Part shown: in pieces, positions 22,770-34,010 of the stretch | Layout of the letters: each line of letters starts with the position of its first letter | How positions within the stretch are numbered: the first letter of the stretch is position 1 | From: Hypanus sabinus | Taxonomy: Eukaryota | NCBI RefSeq assembly: GCF_030144855.1 | Contig: NC_082722.1 | Span: 27,714,001-27,778,000 of the forward strand | Length of the DNA: 64,000 nt | Direction of reading: 5' to 3' | Notes under the pieces: generated by a model | The model's database searches: none | What the model was told of the DNA's origin: nothing | Seen by the model: only the letters and a program-made list of their open reading frames with translations | Made by a program: the position numbers and the translations under genes

Positions 22770-25227
22770 AGGTGAGATAGATTACTTGAAGCTGAATGGA
22801 AGGATAATTTCACAGTACTAGTATAAGTTAGAAAATTAAAGAAATGAGGCATAAACTTTTATTGATTATAAAGCATTTAATTGCATAATGGTAAAATCGC
22901 CTGACAATAATTCAACTAAGCTAAAATGTTTTGTGAAGATTTCCGTTTGTATTCAATGCCTGAGACTTCTTGCATAAGTGTCCCACAATAATTCTCCAGC
23001 AATGATGGATTCCAGCTGCCTTGATACCATTTTTTTTTCATGACCACAATCTGCTTGTGAATCCTTTCATCATGGTCATTACGAACAGCACCAAGATCTG
23101 CATGGAAGAAATCTAAATGGGAATGCAGAAAATAATCTTTTACTGACATGCTTTACGTCATAGTTTTCTATTGCTGAAGTATGTTTTCAAGCAGCTGTAC
23201 GTAGTTTGATGCTCTGTAGTTGCCAATAAGTTTTTCACCGACATCCTTGAATGACTTCCACGCGATTTTTTCCGGTCCCAATAGACGCTCTTCGAATGGG
23301 CTGCCATTGATAACTTAATTTTTATGCAGACCAACAGAAAATGTATTCCTTAATTTCAGAATCAGTTATTCTGAGAAGCATCTCTCAAATATCGAAAACA
23401 TCCATGGAGAATTTTCTACCTGGAGACAGCAGATTTCATTCTTGTACTTTTGAAGCCAGTAATTCTGCTTTTGCCTTTGACAAGCCCAAGTCTCTGACCA
23501 AGTCATTCATCTCAGTTGGAATATCACAAGAGGTTCTCTCGACATAAAGAGTTCAAAATCTGGATAGGTATCAGATTCGTTTTCCATTCCTGCCTCTTAT
23601 ACATTGTCACCTTCCTCTGCCTCCTCCAAACTCTATGTCTCTGGTGGTTTCAGTACTGTAAGATTATCATCATGTGGTGCAGGTCTCCATGCTGAACGGA
23701 GATTGCCGTGTTCAATAGATTTCTGTTTATAAAAGAAACCAGACACACTGCTCAGTTAGAACTGGCTCTCGCCATATGATCGATATCACGAATGCTATTG
23801 TCTTCCGACTATTCTCTGAACCAAACTCTCAGATTGATAACGCCTGTTGAGCAACAAATGTGAAGAGCCCAGGCATTGAGTTGGTCACCAATCTTATACT
23901 CAAAGTAGAATTCATAGGCTTTCTTAACAAGAAGAGTCATGTTCCGTGGCTGAGATTTCAGATTCTACTTGCAACAAGTATAACAGAAAGCATCGCAGTT
24001 GATGCAACATTGGCCACACATCTTGCTTTCGCAAATATTGCTGAAACTAAAACAACTTGATAAAAATGAATACACACAATATGCTATGACTGCCGAGCAT
24101 GCGCATGAACATGATCACTGACCGATGTACACTTAAACGCAACGCATAGAAGGGTGTGCGTGATGCTTTTATAATCTTTGCAAAACCCATCCTGCCTAAT
24201 GCCCCGACAAGAAGAGAACTTTTCAGCTTGTATCGTGGGCAACCCTTTAAATGACTTGAACTATGAATTGAAATAACAAATATAGGCGATTTAAAAAATG
24301 GTTCGTGAGTCATAAGGGGACAGGGGGCTGGACCCAAGTGCAGGACTTAGGCACTGAAGTACTAGGGGCAGGACGGGAACAACTAAACGAGACGTGGAGA
24401 CAGCGGTATGCGTGAGGAACGTGACGTTCAAGATGATGCTGGGGTTCGTAGAGAGACTTGAGCTCAGGCAGGCAAGGCAGGATCCCGGAGTTCACTGGGC
24501 GGGTCGCATAACTCCTGGGCAGGGACAGAGCCTCCCAGGCAGGAACACGGGGGCCTGAACAGGTCGCGGGGCTCCTGGGTAGGTTGCAGGGCACAACGCG
24601 TCGGCAGCGAGAGATAGGTAGCGACAGAGAACTCTGGGCGGGCCGCATAAATCCTAGGCAGGGCCAGTACCTACCAGGCAGGTACACGGAGGCCTGAGCA
24701 GGTCGCAGGGCACCTGGATAGGTGGCAGGGCACAACCCGTCAGCAGCAAAGGAAGGAAAGGAGCAGAGTCCTTCACCGGGCAACGGCAGCCCAGCCAGGC
24801 TTGCCCGACGGAGGCAAGGGATGGGAAGGGAACTAGGTCCAGGGTGACTGCCAGACTTACTCGAAGAACTTGTCTTTAACAGGGAAACTCCAAGCCAGGG
24901 CAAACCCCCAACTCCACTCAGTCCCAGAGCCCCCTATATATACCGCCAGCTGAAGGGCATCAGGCTCCTTGAGCCCCAAAAAGCCACGATGATCCACAGG
25001 TGTGACTAATTGGACTCAAGGGCGGAAGGAGGGACGGCTACAAGTCCCGGAGTCCGGAGACTACGGACCGGATCAAGACCCGGAATGCGCCTCCGGACCG
25101 GACCATAACATCGTTATAAGGAAACTTCATGGTGACTGATGACTTCGTGGTGCTTCATGATCAGAAGCACACAATCCATAAGACAAACCAAGAAGTATTC
25201 AGGATGAAAATTCTTTGTTGTCCAGTG
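22770..25227 (-). mobile_element. Chapaev3-like DNA transposon, internally deleted
   Basis: Minus-strand start CACTGGACAAC at 25227. N-terminal CDAFCYTC...KKAYEFYFEYKIGDQLNAWALHICC at about 23860-24040. C-terminal LHSHLDFFHADLGAV...ERIHKQI...YQGSW...YC at about 22920-23150. Confidence 0.75.
24308..25130 (-). mobile_element. Solo LTR (Gypsy-type) inserted in the Chapaev3-like element
   Basis: Minus strand TGTTATGG...TTATGAC(T). Flanks TCGTG (24303-24307) and TCGTT (25131-25135) form a 5-bp TSD with one mismatch. Internal tandem repeats at about 24490-24760. Confidence 0.75.
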
Positions 25228-26239
25228 AACTCAGAGAGGAAGTGACGAACACATGTGCCTTGGAGCTGAGAGGCAGGAGGAGATGGGGCAGGGACACATA
25301 CATTATGATAGGGTTTACCTACATTGGCGAACCTAGTATCGATTAACTTGGATTATGAATGCTGAATATGAACCCACAGACATGCTAACCTTTGTTACAA
25401 AGGACTTAGTACATAACGAGAAAGCCGTGCTGCAGCAAGGTAAAATGAATCGGTTTAGTCATAATTGCGAACCATTTTGATCTTTTCAAGGGTATGTTTT
25501 CTTGGAGGAAGTGCAGTGAAGCTTCTCTAAATTGGGTCAAGCAGCATCTATGGAGAGAAATGAACAGTCGAAGTTCCGTGTCCTGACTCTTCATCAGAAC
25601 TGGAAGGAAGCAAATACGGAGGGGAGATAGCCAGTATTAAAAGGTGAGGAAAAGGTTGGAGCTAGAGTTGGAGAGTAATAGGTGGATCCAGGTGAGGAAG
25701 TGATTAGGATCATTCTCCTAAGTCACTATGATCTTCCCTCTGCATACTCACAAATAACCGTGATATTTAATGAGACCAGATTCCTCGCTCACGATAATGG
25801 CTGATCCAATCGGAAGCTCAGATTCTGTTTTCCTTTTTGTCTGCAACTCGCATCGCTATCAGTCAGCATTACTTTGTCACTATTCGATTGCTTTCTAAAT
25901 TTCTCCAGCAAACTACTGATAAGATTTACGCCACGTAATCAAAAAGACTGGAACAATGAAGAAAATCATACTTCAAATCTCGTTCTGGCAGCTTGCGCGA
26001 TTGCGTTCAACTAATGAATTAACGAGTCATATGAATAATGGTGCCCACGACTGAGGTACAGCACTGTCGAACACTGGAATTGATCTAGCAGATCATATCT
26101 GCCATCCATGATTTAATATGAGAAAGCTATTTTCCCTCTAATTCTCGCTTAGCCTAACAGTTATAACAATTCTTGTTTTAATTATTGGCCTAGCAAGTAG
26201 GCTAGTGCTTAAATAAGACTCCGACAAAACATAAAAACA

Positions 26240-29200
26240 GGTTCTCCATCACGCAGGATGATCCGAACTAGTGATTCGGAAAAGGTAAAAGGTGGAGGTA
26301 TCTGCTTCATGATAAACTGTGCTTCCCCCATGTGGCAGTTTTCTCGTGATCTTGTTTGCCTGAATTTGGACACCTCCGGATCAAACGCCGGCCTTTCTAT
26401 TTACCAAGAGAGTTCTCCCTCATGATCTTGACCGCAGTTTAAATACCACCATCGTCCAACTGAGAAACTACATGATGCCATGGTCAAACAGGTAACAGTC
26501 CATGTCTACGCATTTCAAAACATAATCGGGGAATTCAATAAGGCTTGTTTAAAAAATGTCTGCCAATTACCCTCAGCATATGACCTGTGGCACCAAAGGG
26601 CCTGACACACTTGATCACAGCTACTGTATAATAAGAGAAGAAACGTCTGCACTTCCAAGACCAAAAGCCACATGGATCACTTGGCTGTCCTTCTCCTACC
26701 TACATAGAGGCAAAGGCAAACGAGCAAGGATCCAGAGATTAGGGCAATAAAAACGCTGCCGAGGCAGAGGAGCGGCCAGAGGATAGCTGCAAGTTGGTTG
26801 ACTGGTCTGTGTACAAGGTTTTGTCTACGAAACTGAATTAACACACTACGGTTATCACAGACGTGAATAAGATAGTTGCAGACAGTGAGTCCAAGAGACC
26901 TGGAAGAACTACGGAATCTGCTGTTTGCTGAGGTCAGATCACAGGCAAACAAGACTGGTACCCAATAAAGTAATAAAAGGTCCATAAAGGCATATCACGG
27001 GCGAAGTGACATTTCCAGATTAAATGAAATCTGAAGCCACATACACAATATCCTCGAAGAACTCAGCAGGCCAGGCAGCATTTCTGAAAAAAGAATAAAC
27101 AGTCAACATCTCGGGCCAAGATACTTCATCAGAAATGAAAAGGAGGGGGAAGAAGTCAGAATAATAAGGATGTTAGGAACCTTGGTTCACACCCTTCGTA
27201 ACTACATCCGTGATGCTTCACACGCTCTCGATCTCCTCAATGAATTTAAGTACCCTGGCCCAAATCGTTTCATTTTCACTATGAATGTCCAGTCTCTGTA
27301 CTTTTCTATTCACCCTCAGGATGGTCTTAACGCTCTCCACTTCTTCCTGGACAGCAAAAACCAACCATTTGCACTGTCCTCTGTCTGGCAGATCTGGAAC
27401 TCATCTTCAACAATTTCTTATAGGGATGCTCCGACATTCCTTCAAACTCACTGTGTAGCTATGGGCAACCGCTTGAGTACGAGCAATGCCTGATCTCTCG
27501 TTTGCCATGTGGAACAATGTCCCAATATTGCACCAGCATCGGTCCCCAACTCTTCTAACGTTACATTGACGACTGCTTTGCTGCTGCTTCCTGCACGCAT
27601 ACAAGGCTGGTCAATTTCATCAACGTAGCCTCCATTCTCCATCCTGGCCTCAAATTTATTTGTTCATTTTCTGAAACATGTCTTCCCTTTCTCGATATCT
27701 GTCTCAATCGCTGAAGACAGTGTAACTACAGATATATTTTATAAATAGATTAACTATCACAGTTATCTGGTCTACAGCTCTTCCCACACTGTCACTTGTA
27801 AAAATGCCAATACCTTTTCTTCGTTTTCCATCTCCACCGCACCTGCACTCATGATGAGGCTTTCCATTCCAGTACTATTGAGATGTTCTCCTTCTTCACG
27901 GAAATTAACGTTATTTCCTCCACCATCAACACTGCCGTAACCAGCATCTCTTCCATTTCTCGCCATTTTCCCACTGCCACACAGGGATTGGATTCCTCTT
28001 GTATTCGGGTAGCACCTCAATGTCTCCGCATCCAGCATACCATTCTATGTAACTGCCGCCATTTCCTACAGGATCCCCTCAACTATCCGCTCTCCACAGG
28101 AAGTCCCTATGCAAATCCTTTGTCCACTCGTCCCACCCAACTGACCACTCTCAGAGCACTTAGTCTTCCAAGCAGAACAAGTGCCACACTTGCCCATTCA
28201 CCTCCTCCCTTATGACCACTCAGAGCCCAAACAGTGAGACGACACTGCAACTGCGATTCCATTGGGGTTACCTACTGTATCCAGTGCTCCCGGCGTGACA
28301 TCCTGTTATTTTCGGAGAGACCCAATGTAGACTGGGAGAACGCTTCATCGAGCACCTTTTCCCCGTCTGCCACCAAAAGTGAGTTTTCCTGGTAGCCGCT
28401 CATTTCAATTCTACTTCCCATTCCCATTCCGATATGTCAGACCATGGCCTTCTCTACTGCCACTATCAGGCCACACTCATATTGGAAGCCCATCGCCTTA
28501 TATTCCCTCTGAGTAGACTCTAACCTGATGGAATCAACTTCCAGTAATTCACCCCTTGCCCCAATCCCCATCACTTCCCGTTCTAGTTTCAGTCTGTCAC
28601 TTTATTTGCCCATCACCTACCTCTGGTGATCCTCCTCCTTTCCTTTCTTCCATCCTCTCTTATCAGGTTCCTTCTTCTCCAACCCTTCAGTTCTTTCTAC
28701 AAGCAACATCCTGGCTCTTCACTTCTCCCCTTCCATGTCTCTAGGATCCACCTATACCCACCACCTTGAACTTCGACTATTCTCATAGATGATGCCTGCC
28801 TTGCTGAGCTCCTCCATCATTTTGTGTGTGTTGCTTTGAAATCAAGCGACAAAGGTAACAAAAATGCTTCGCCGCCAGAGGAGCTGAATGTCTTCTATGC
28901 TGGCCGTGATCGGAAGAACAAGAAGAAACCGTCAGGAACTCCCACAGACACCGATGATTCTGTGATTTCCGTCTCCGTGACAACTTGACAGCACCCTTTA
29001 GGATGGTGAACCCACGGAAAGCACCCGGCCCAGATGAGATACCTGCTGAGAACTAAAGAACTGTGCTGATCAATCTAAAGTGCTCCTCGTCTTTATGCAG
29101 GCTGCGATTATACCAGTGCTCAAGAAGAACGTGGTAACCTGCTACCTTCCTGTAGCACTTCGATCCAGAGTGAGAAAGTGTTTTGAGAATTTGGTAATGT

Positions 29201-30190
29201 AACATATACAATGCTGCCTATTACGCGACTTAGATCCGTCCACCTTGCCTACCGTTACGACAGATCTACAGCAGATGCTATTTTATTGGCTCTTCGATTA
29301 CCCTGGAATACCTGGATACGACAGGATGCTCTTTATCGACTCATCTTGGAATGCAATACTATCATCTCCTGAAAACTAATCAATAAGCTTGAAGACTTTA
29401 GCTTCAATGCCCGCTTGAATAATTTATTCCGTGATTTCCTCACTTGAAGACCCCGGTGAGAAGAGACTGGCAACAGCATCTCATCCACAAGCTCCATCAG
29501 CACAGGTGCTCCACAAGGCTGTGTGATCACCATCCTACTCTGATCGATTAACAACTATAACTGTGTGGCTAAGCAAAGCTCCAAACCATATTTCAGAATT
29601 CTTAGGACACCACTGTCGTGGACCGAATCAAAGGTGGAGACCAATTAGTATGTAGGAGGTAGATTGAAAATCTGACTGCGTAGTGCTACAGCAAAAAAAG
29701 AGAAAATCATTATTCAATGTCAGCAAGAGGAACGACTTGATTATTCACTTCAGGAGGAAGAAACCAGAGGTCCATGAGCCAGTCAGGGCTGGAGAGGGTT
29801 AGCCGCTTTTAATTACTCAATATTATTATTTCAGAGGATCTTTCCTGTTTAGGATGAAAGCATGGCAGCGCATCTGCTTCCTTTGGAGGTTGCGAAGAAA
29901 TGACGTGACATCTACAGCTTTGCCTAAATGGGTAGATGTCCAATGGAGCTTAGATTGAAATAGCTATGCCCTAGAACGGAAATACCTTCAAAATGTAATG
30001 GATACAGCCCAGCCCAATACATATAAAGTCCTCCTCACCATTGAGCACATCTACATGCAGAGATATCGGAAACATCACGGACTCCCACCAGACAGATCAT
30101 GCTTGCTTCTCAATACTACCCTCAGAAAAAAGATACAGGAGACTCTGTACTCAGACCGCCATCAAGGACGCTTCGTTTCATGTTCTCTAT
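26240..30190 (+). mobile_element. Rex-Babar LINE (endonuclease + RT, decayed), split by a Penelope insertion
   Basis: Endonuclease block (atcaaacgccggcctttctatttaccaagagagttc = IKRRPFYLPREF) and RT blocks (gatgctctttatcgact, acaggtgctccacaaggctgtgtg). Confidence 0.8.
27040..28835 (+). mobile_element. Penelope-like retroelement: RT + GIY-YIG, with inverted 5' terminal repeat
   Basis: FIFTMNVQSLYFSIHPQDGLNAL (PLE RT). GIY-YIG-like GVTYCIQCSRR at about 28265-28320. The terminal repeat is inverted at 27040-27170 and direct at about 28760-28835. Confidence 0.88.
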
Positions 30191-30204
30191 TGTTACATCT
30201 TATA

Positions 30205-31330
30205 TATTTTTATTATTACACTTTATTTTATTTTTTCTCAGCTCAAGCTGTTGAAACCTGAGGTATGGTAGTAATCAAATACACTCAGTTCTCAATTGTT
30301 AGGAATATTCAGACTATTCCAGTAGTATTTGGTATTGTGGTTTCTGAGGATCAACATAAATGTTGCTATATACATCGAATTGTTTGATGATACTGTTTTG
30401 TGACTTTGGGATGATACCAGTTGTAGATATTACTATTTGGACAGTATATCCGGTTCATGTGCCATAGTCTTTCAATTTCCTTTTTGAATCCAGCATATAT
30501 CTGGTGTTTTTCACTTATTGGCTGCTATATATTGTGTGTGCTTGGAATGGCTATATCTATTAAGGAAGATGTCCTTGCTTATTCATCCTGTAATCTATCC
30601 GCACAGTTATTATGGATTGTCCTATCTCAGATATATTTGTCTCTGCAATTCTGCGCACTGTTCTATGATGTTACACCGCGTGATGATCTTGTCAACACAG
30701 CCTCTATTTCTCCTGAAGCCTCCTTGCTCTTTCCTCAAGCACACATCTTCAGCATCTGAATCCGTTGGACAATGACTAAATTTACACAACAGTCAGAAAA
30801 AACTTCGAAGGATATATATTCTGTAATATTACAAATACAAATAATTTATTGTCACCAAACAATTGATACTAGAGCGTACAATCATCACAGTGATATTTGT
30901 CTCTGCGCTTCACGGTCCCTGAGGTACAAATCGAAGTAAATATAATAAAAATTTTAATTAATAGATAGGTCGCAATATTATTTGTGTGATTCTGTCTCTA
31001 AAACAGGACCAAGCTTGTATTTATAGGAAGGCATGATTTCTTTTATCAGGTTGTATTTTAAAGCAAGATTTTAGTGAAAAGTGTTTGCTATTTCATTGTG
31101 CTTGTGCAAGTAATCAGGTTGAGTTAAACTGCTGTAGGATCCTGTAATATGGTTGATTGCTTCTGCTTCTTTTTCTCTTGAAATGATTTACAATCATCAT
31201 CTTGAATTTGTTGGTTTTTAATATTTTTTGCTAATTTCTGCTGATTAACCAACTGGTCCTGCATGTTATATGAATATGAATGGCGAAGACAGCACGGCTG
31301 AAACGCATGGATGTTCGGATAACTGGTTCG
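30205..31330 (-). mobile_element. R4/Dong-clade non-LTR element 3' fragment, copy 1 (contains a short Rex tail at about 30840-30960)
   Basis: Colinear nucleotide similarity to 42673-43400 (catagtctttcaattt, gctatatctattaa, taaagcaagatttt, gttaacca.ctggtc). Confidence 0.65.
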
Positions 31331-31399
31331 AAGAAGGCTACTATGAACCTCCCTCAATAAAGTTACAAGAGGTCTAGATCCGATCTCTGGAAAGCAGAC

Positions 31400-32100
31400 T
31401 CTAAGCATATGTATATGCTTACATATGTATATAACTGTGCATATGCAGATATAAGTAAGTATCAATAAATAAAGATATGAAAGAACAATGTAGCAGACCG
31501 CGTAAATGTGTGTAGCTATCCCCATTGTTGAAGAGCCTGGTGGTTGAAGGGTAGTAACTGTTCTTGAACGTGGTGCTATGAGTCCTGAGGCACTTGTACC
31601 ATCAGCCTGATGGAAGCAGCGAGAAAAGAGCATGATGTGTGTGGTGAGAATCTTCGATGATGGATGCTGCTTTTCTATGGTAGCTTTTCATGATGTGCTC
31701 ATTGGTCGTCAGAGTTTTACCTTGAGGTACTGGACTGAATACGCTACTTCTGTAGGATTTTCCGTTCAAAGACATTGGTGTTCCCTTACCAGGCTGGAAT
31801 ACAGCCAGTCAGCACACTTTCCATCACACATCTACAGAGGTATGCCAAGGTTTTCGATAACATGCCAAACCTCAATAGGAAGTAAAGGCGCTGTCGTGCT
31901 TTCTTCGCTGTAATATTTACATAATGATGCCAGGACAGGTCTTCTGAGATAGTGACACCTGGAACGTTTAAGTAACTGACCCTATCCAGCTCTATTCCTC
32001 CGATTATTACTGACCCTGGGCCTCCAGTTTCCCTTTACTGAAGACAACAATCAGTTTCTTCGTCTTATTGACATTGATTGAAAGGCTGTTGACATTGACA
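31400..32100 (-). mobile_element. Rex-Babar 3' fragment
   Basis: gttgaagagcctggtggttgaagggtagtaactgttcttgaac block. Confidence 0.65.
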
Positions 32101-32109
32101 TTGCGTTAA

Positions 32110-32720
32110 GGCAAACACGAGGAAATCTGCAGATGCTGAAAATTCCAGCAACACACACAAAGTGCTGTTGAAAACCAACAGGCCAGGCAGTGTCTTTCGG
32201 AAGATGTACAGTACAGTCGACGTTTCGGGCAGAGACCCTTCGTCAGGACTAAATGAAAGAAAATATATTCAGAGATTTGAAAGTAGGAGGGGGAGAGGGT
32301 AATCCGAAATGATAGGAGAAAACAGAGGGGGGACGGCTGAAGCTAAGTGCTGGAAAGGTGATTGTCAAAAAGGATATACCGCTGGAGATCAGGAGACGGA
32401 AGATCTGGAGAGAAAGAAAAGGCGAGGGGAGCACCAGAGGGAGATGGAGAACAGGAAAGGAGTTATTGTGAGGGGGGCAGAGAGAGGAAAAAAAGAAGTG
32501 ATGAAAGGGAGGAGGATAAATAAATAAGTAAGGATGGGTTAAGAAAGTGAGGAGGGGCATTAACGGAAGTTAGGGACATCAATGTTCATGCCATCTGGTT
32601 GGAGACTTCCCAGACGGAATATAAGGTGTTGTTCCTCCAACCTGAGAGTGGCTTCATCTTGACAGTAGAGGAGGCCACGGATAGACGTATCAGAATGGGA
32701 ATGGGACGTGGAATTAAAAT
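32110..32720 (-). mobile_element. Penelope-like element 3' fragment
   Basis: Reverse-strand counterpart of 20180-20760. Confidence 0.8.
32215..32250 (-). ncRNA. Minimal type I hammerhead ribozyme motif in a Penelope terminal repeat
   Basis: AGTC-CTGACGA-A-GGG(TCTCTG)CCC-GAAAC-GTC-GACT. Intact core, 4-bp stem I, 3-bp stem II, loopless palindromic stem III (ACGT). Confidence 0.75.
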
Positions 32721-33349
32721 GAGTGGCCCGTTAAGTATGCTGGCCCGGCTACATTTGCGTCCTCTGAAGTTTAGAAAAGGGAAAGTGGTATCAATTGATA
32801 TGTATTTGATCTTGAGGTCTCTAAAATGGTCTCTATGAAAGGTTTATATGCCCATGTGAAGAAAAAAGTAAATTACTCTCAGTATTTCGTGTCTTTGGAT
32901 GTCCTTTCCTGAAATAAAACATTGAAACCCATAAATCTGTGTCATTTTAATGTTGATATAAAATCTGCTCAAGAAACAAGAATTCGAAAGTTACCGTGAG
33001 TGGGCCGGGTAGGAATTTGATGTTACCGTCAGATCACTCAGAATCTTATTAAATGGCGAAACATGTCGAGTTGCCAAGTTCCCTAATTCTACTATGTTGT
33101 TTCCAAGTAATCTGCAGACTTAAAATTCCAGACATGTCTTTGAAGTCGCCGCCGTATTAGAAGGTGAACTGCCTTCACTTTTCAGTCACCTCCAACAACT
33201 CACTGCAGCCAGGCACATTGAACAGCCTCGAATTTTGCCTCAATTTCAAAACTGCATGGTTTTTTATTGCCGGTATTGTTCGAATAATATGAGATATACT
33301 CATTGTCCATTTGACTAGGGGCACCTGCAAACCTACTCGTTAATGCAAA

Positions 33350-34010
33350 TATCTAGTCAGAGAATGGGATTCGCTCTCCGGGCCTCCCGAGCGGCCGCTT
33401 TTGGATATGCCGAGGACGCGACCTGGAACACCAGCCCACCGTCAGGGTACCGGATTTTTATGGCTCCCGAGACGAGTGAATTCGAGGCCGGTGCCGGTGG
33501 CGACGCCTGATGTGTCGTGGGAGTACACGGAAGATTGAACTCAGCGAACTGGCAGCTGGCTGTGTGCCCAGATGCCCCAGTTCTTTGGGCACAGAGCTCG
33601 GAAAAAGCGAGGTAACAGAGTTTTAACACCATGAATCACCGAGGTGATTTGTTATGTCTCCCCTCTCGCTGTGAAACGTGGACATCTCTTTTTCTCTTAT
33701 TAAGGAGAGTCCGTGGTATGTCGAATACCGGGAGGACGAGTAGTCTTTGGGTACTGCAAGTCTGTGTCTTTTTTGATGCTTTGCTGCACGCTTGAGTGCT
33801 CGGGGGAGGATGCAGATTTTTTTGTTGGTGTGTGGGGGGTCTACTTTGCTACTGCTTATGTCTGGGAGGGAAGAGCTGGGGGTTCTTAGGTGATCTAACA
33901 TTCAAGTGTCATTCATCTTTGGGGCACTCCTCTGTTTTCGTGGATGTTTGTGAAAAATATTGGCACGAATGTTGTATATATTTCTCTGACATTAAATGTA
34001 CCTTTTAAAC
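33350..34010 (+). repeat. Dispersed repeat, LINE 3'-UTR-like
   Basis: Shares gcaagtctgtgtcttt.ttgatg and tgtcattcat.cttt...ctctgttttcgtggatgtttg with 48730-49580. Confidence 0.6.

Noticed and set aside
24310-24903. 197-aa minus ORF
   Set aside because: Lies inside the GC-rich, internally repetitive solo LTR; low-complexity product.
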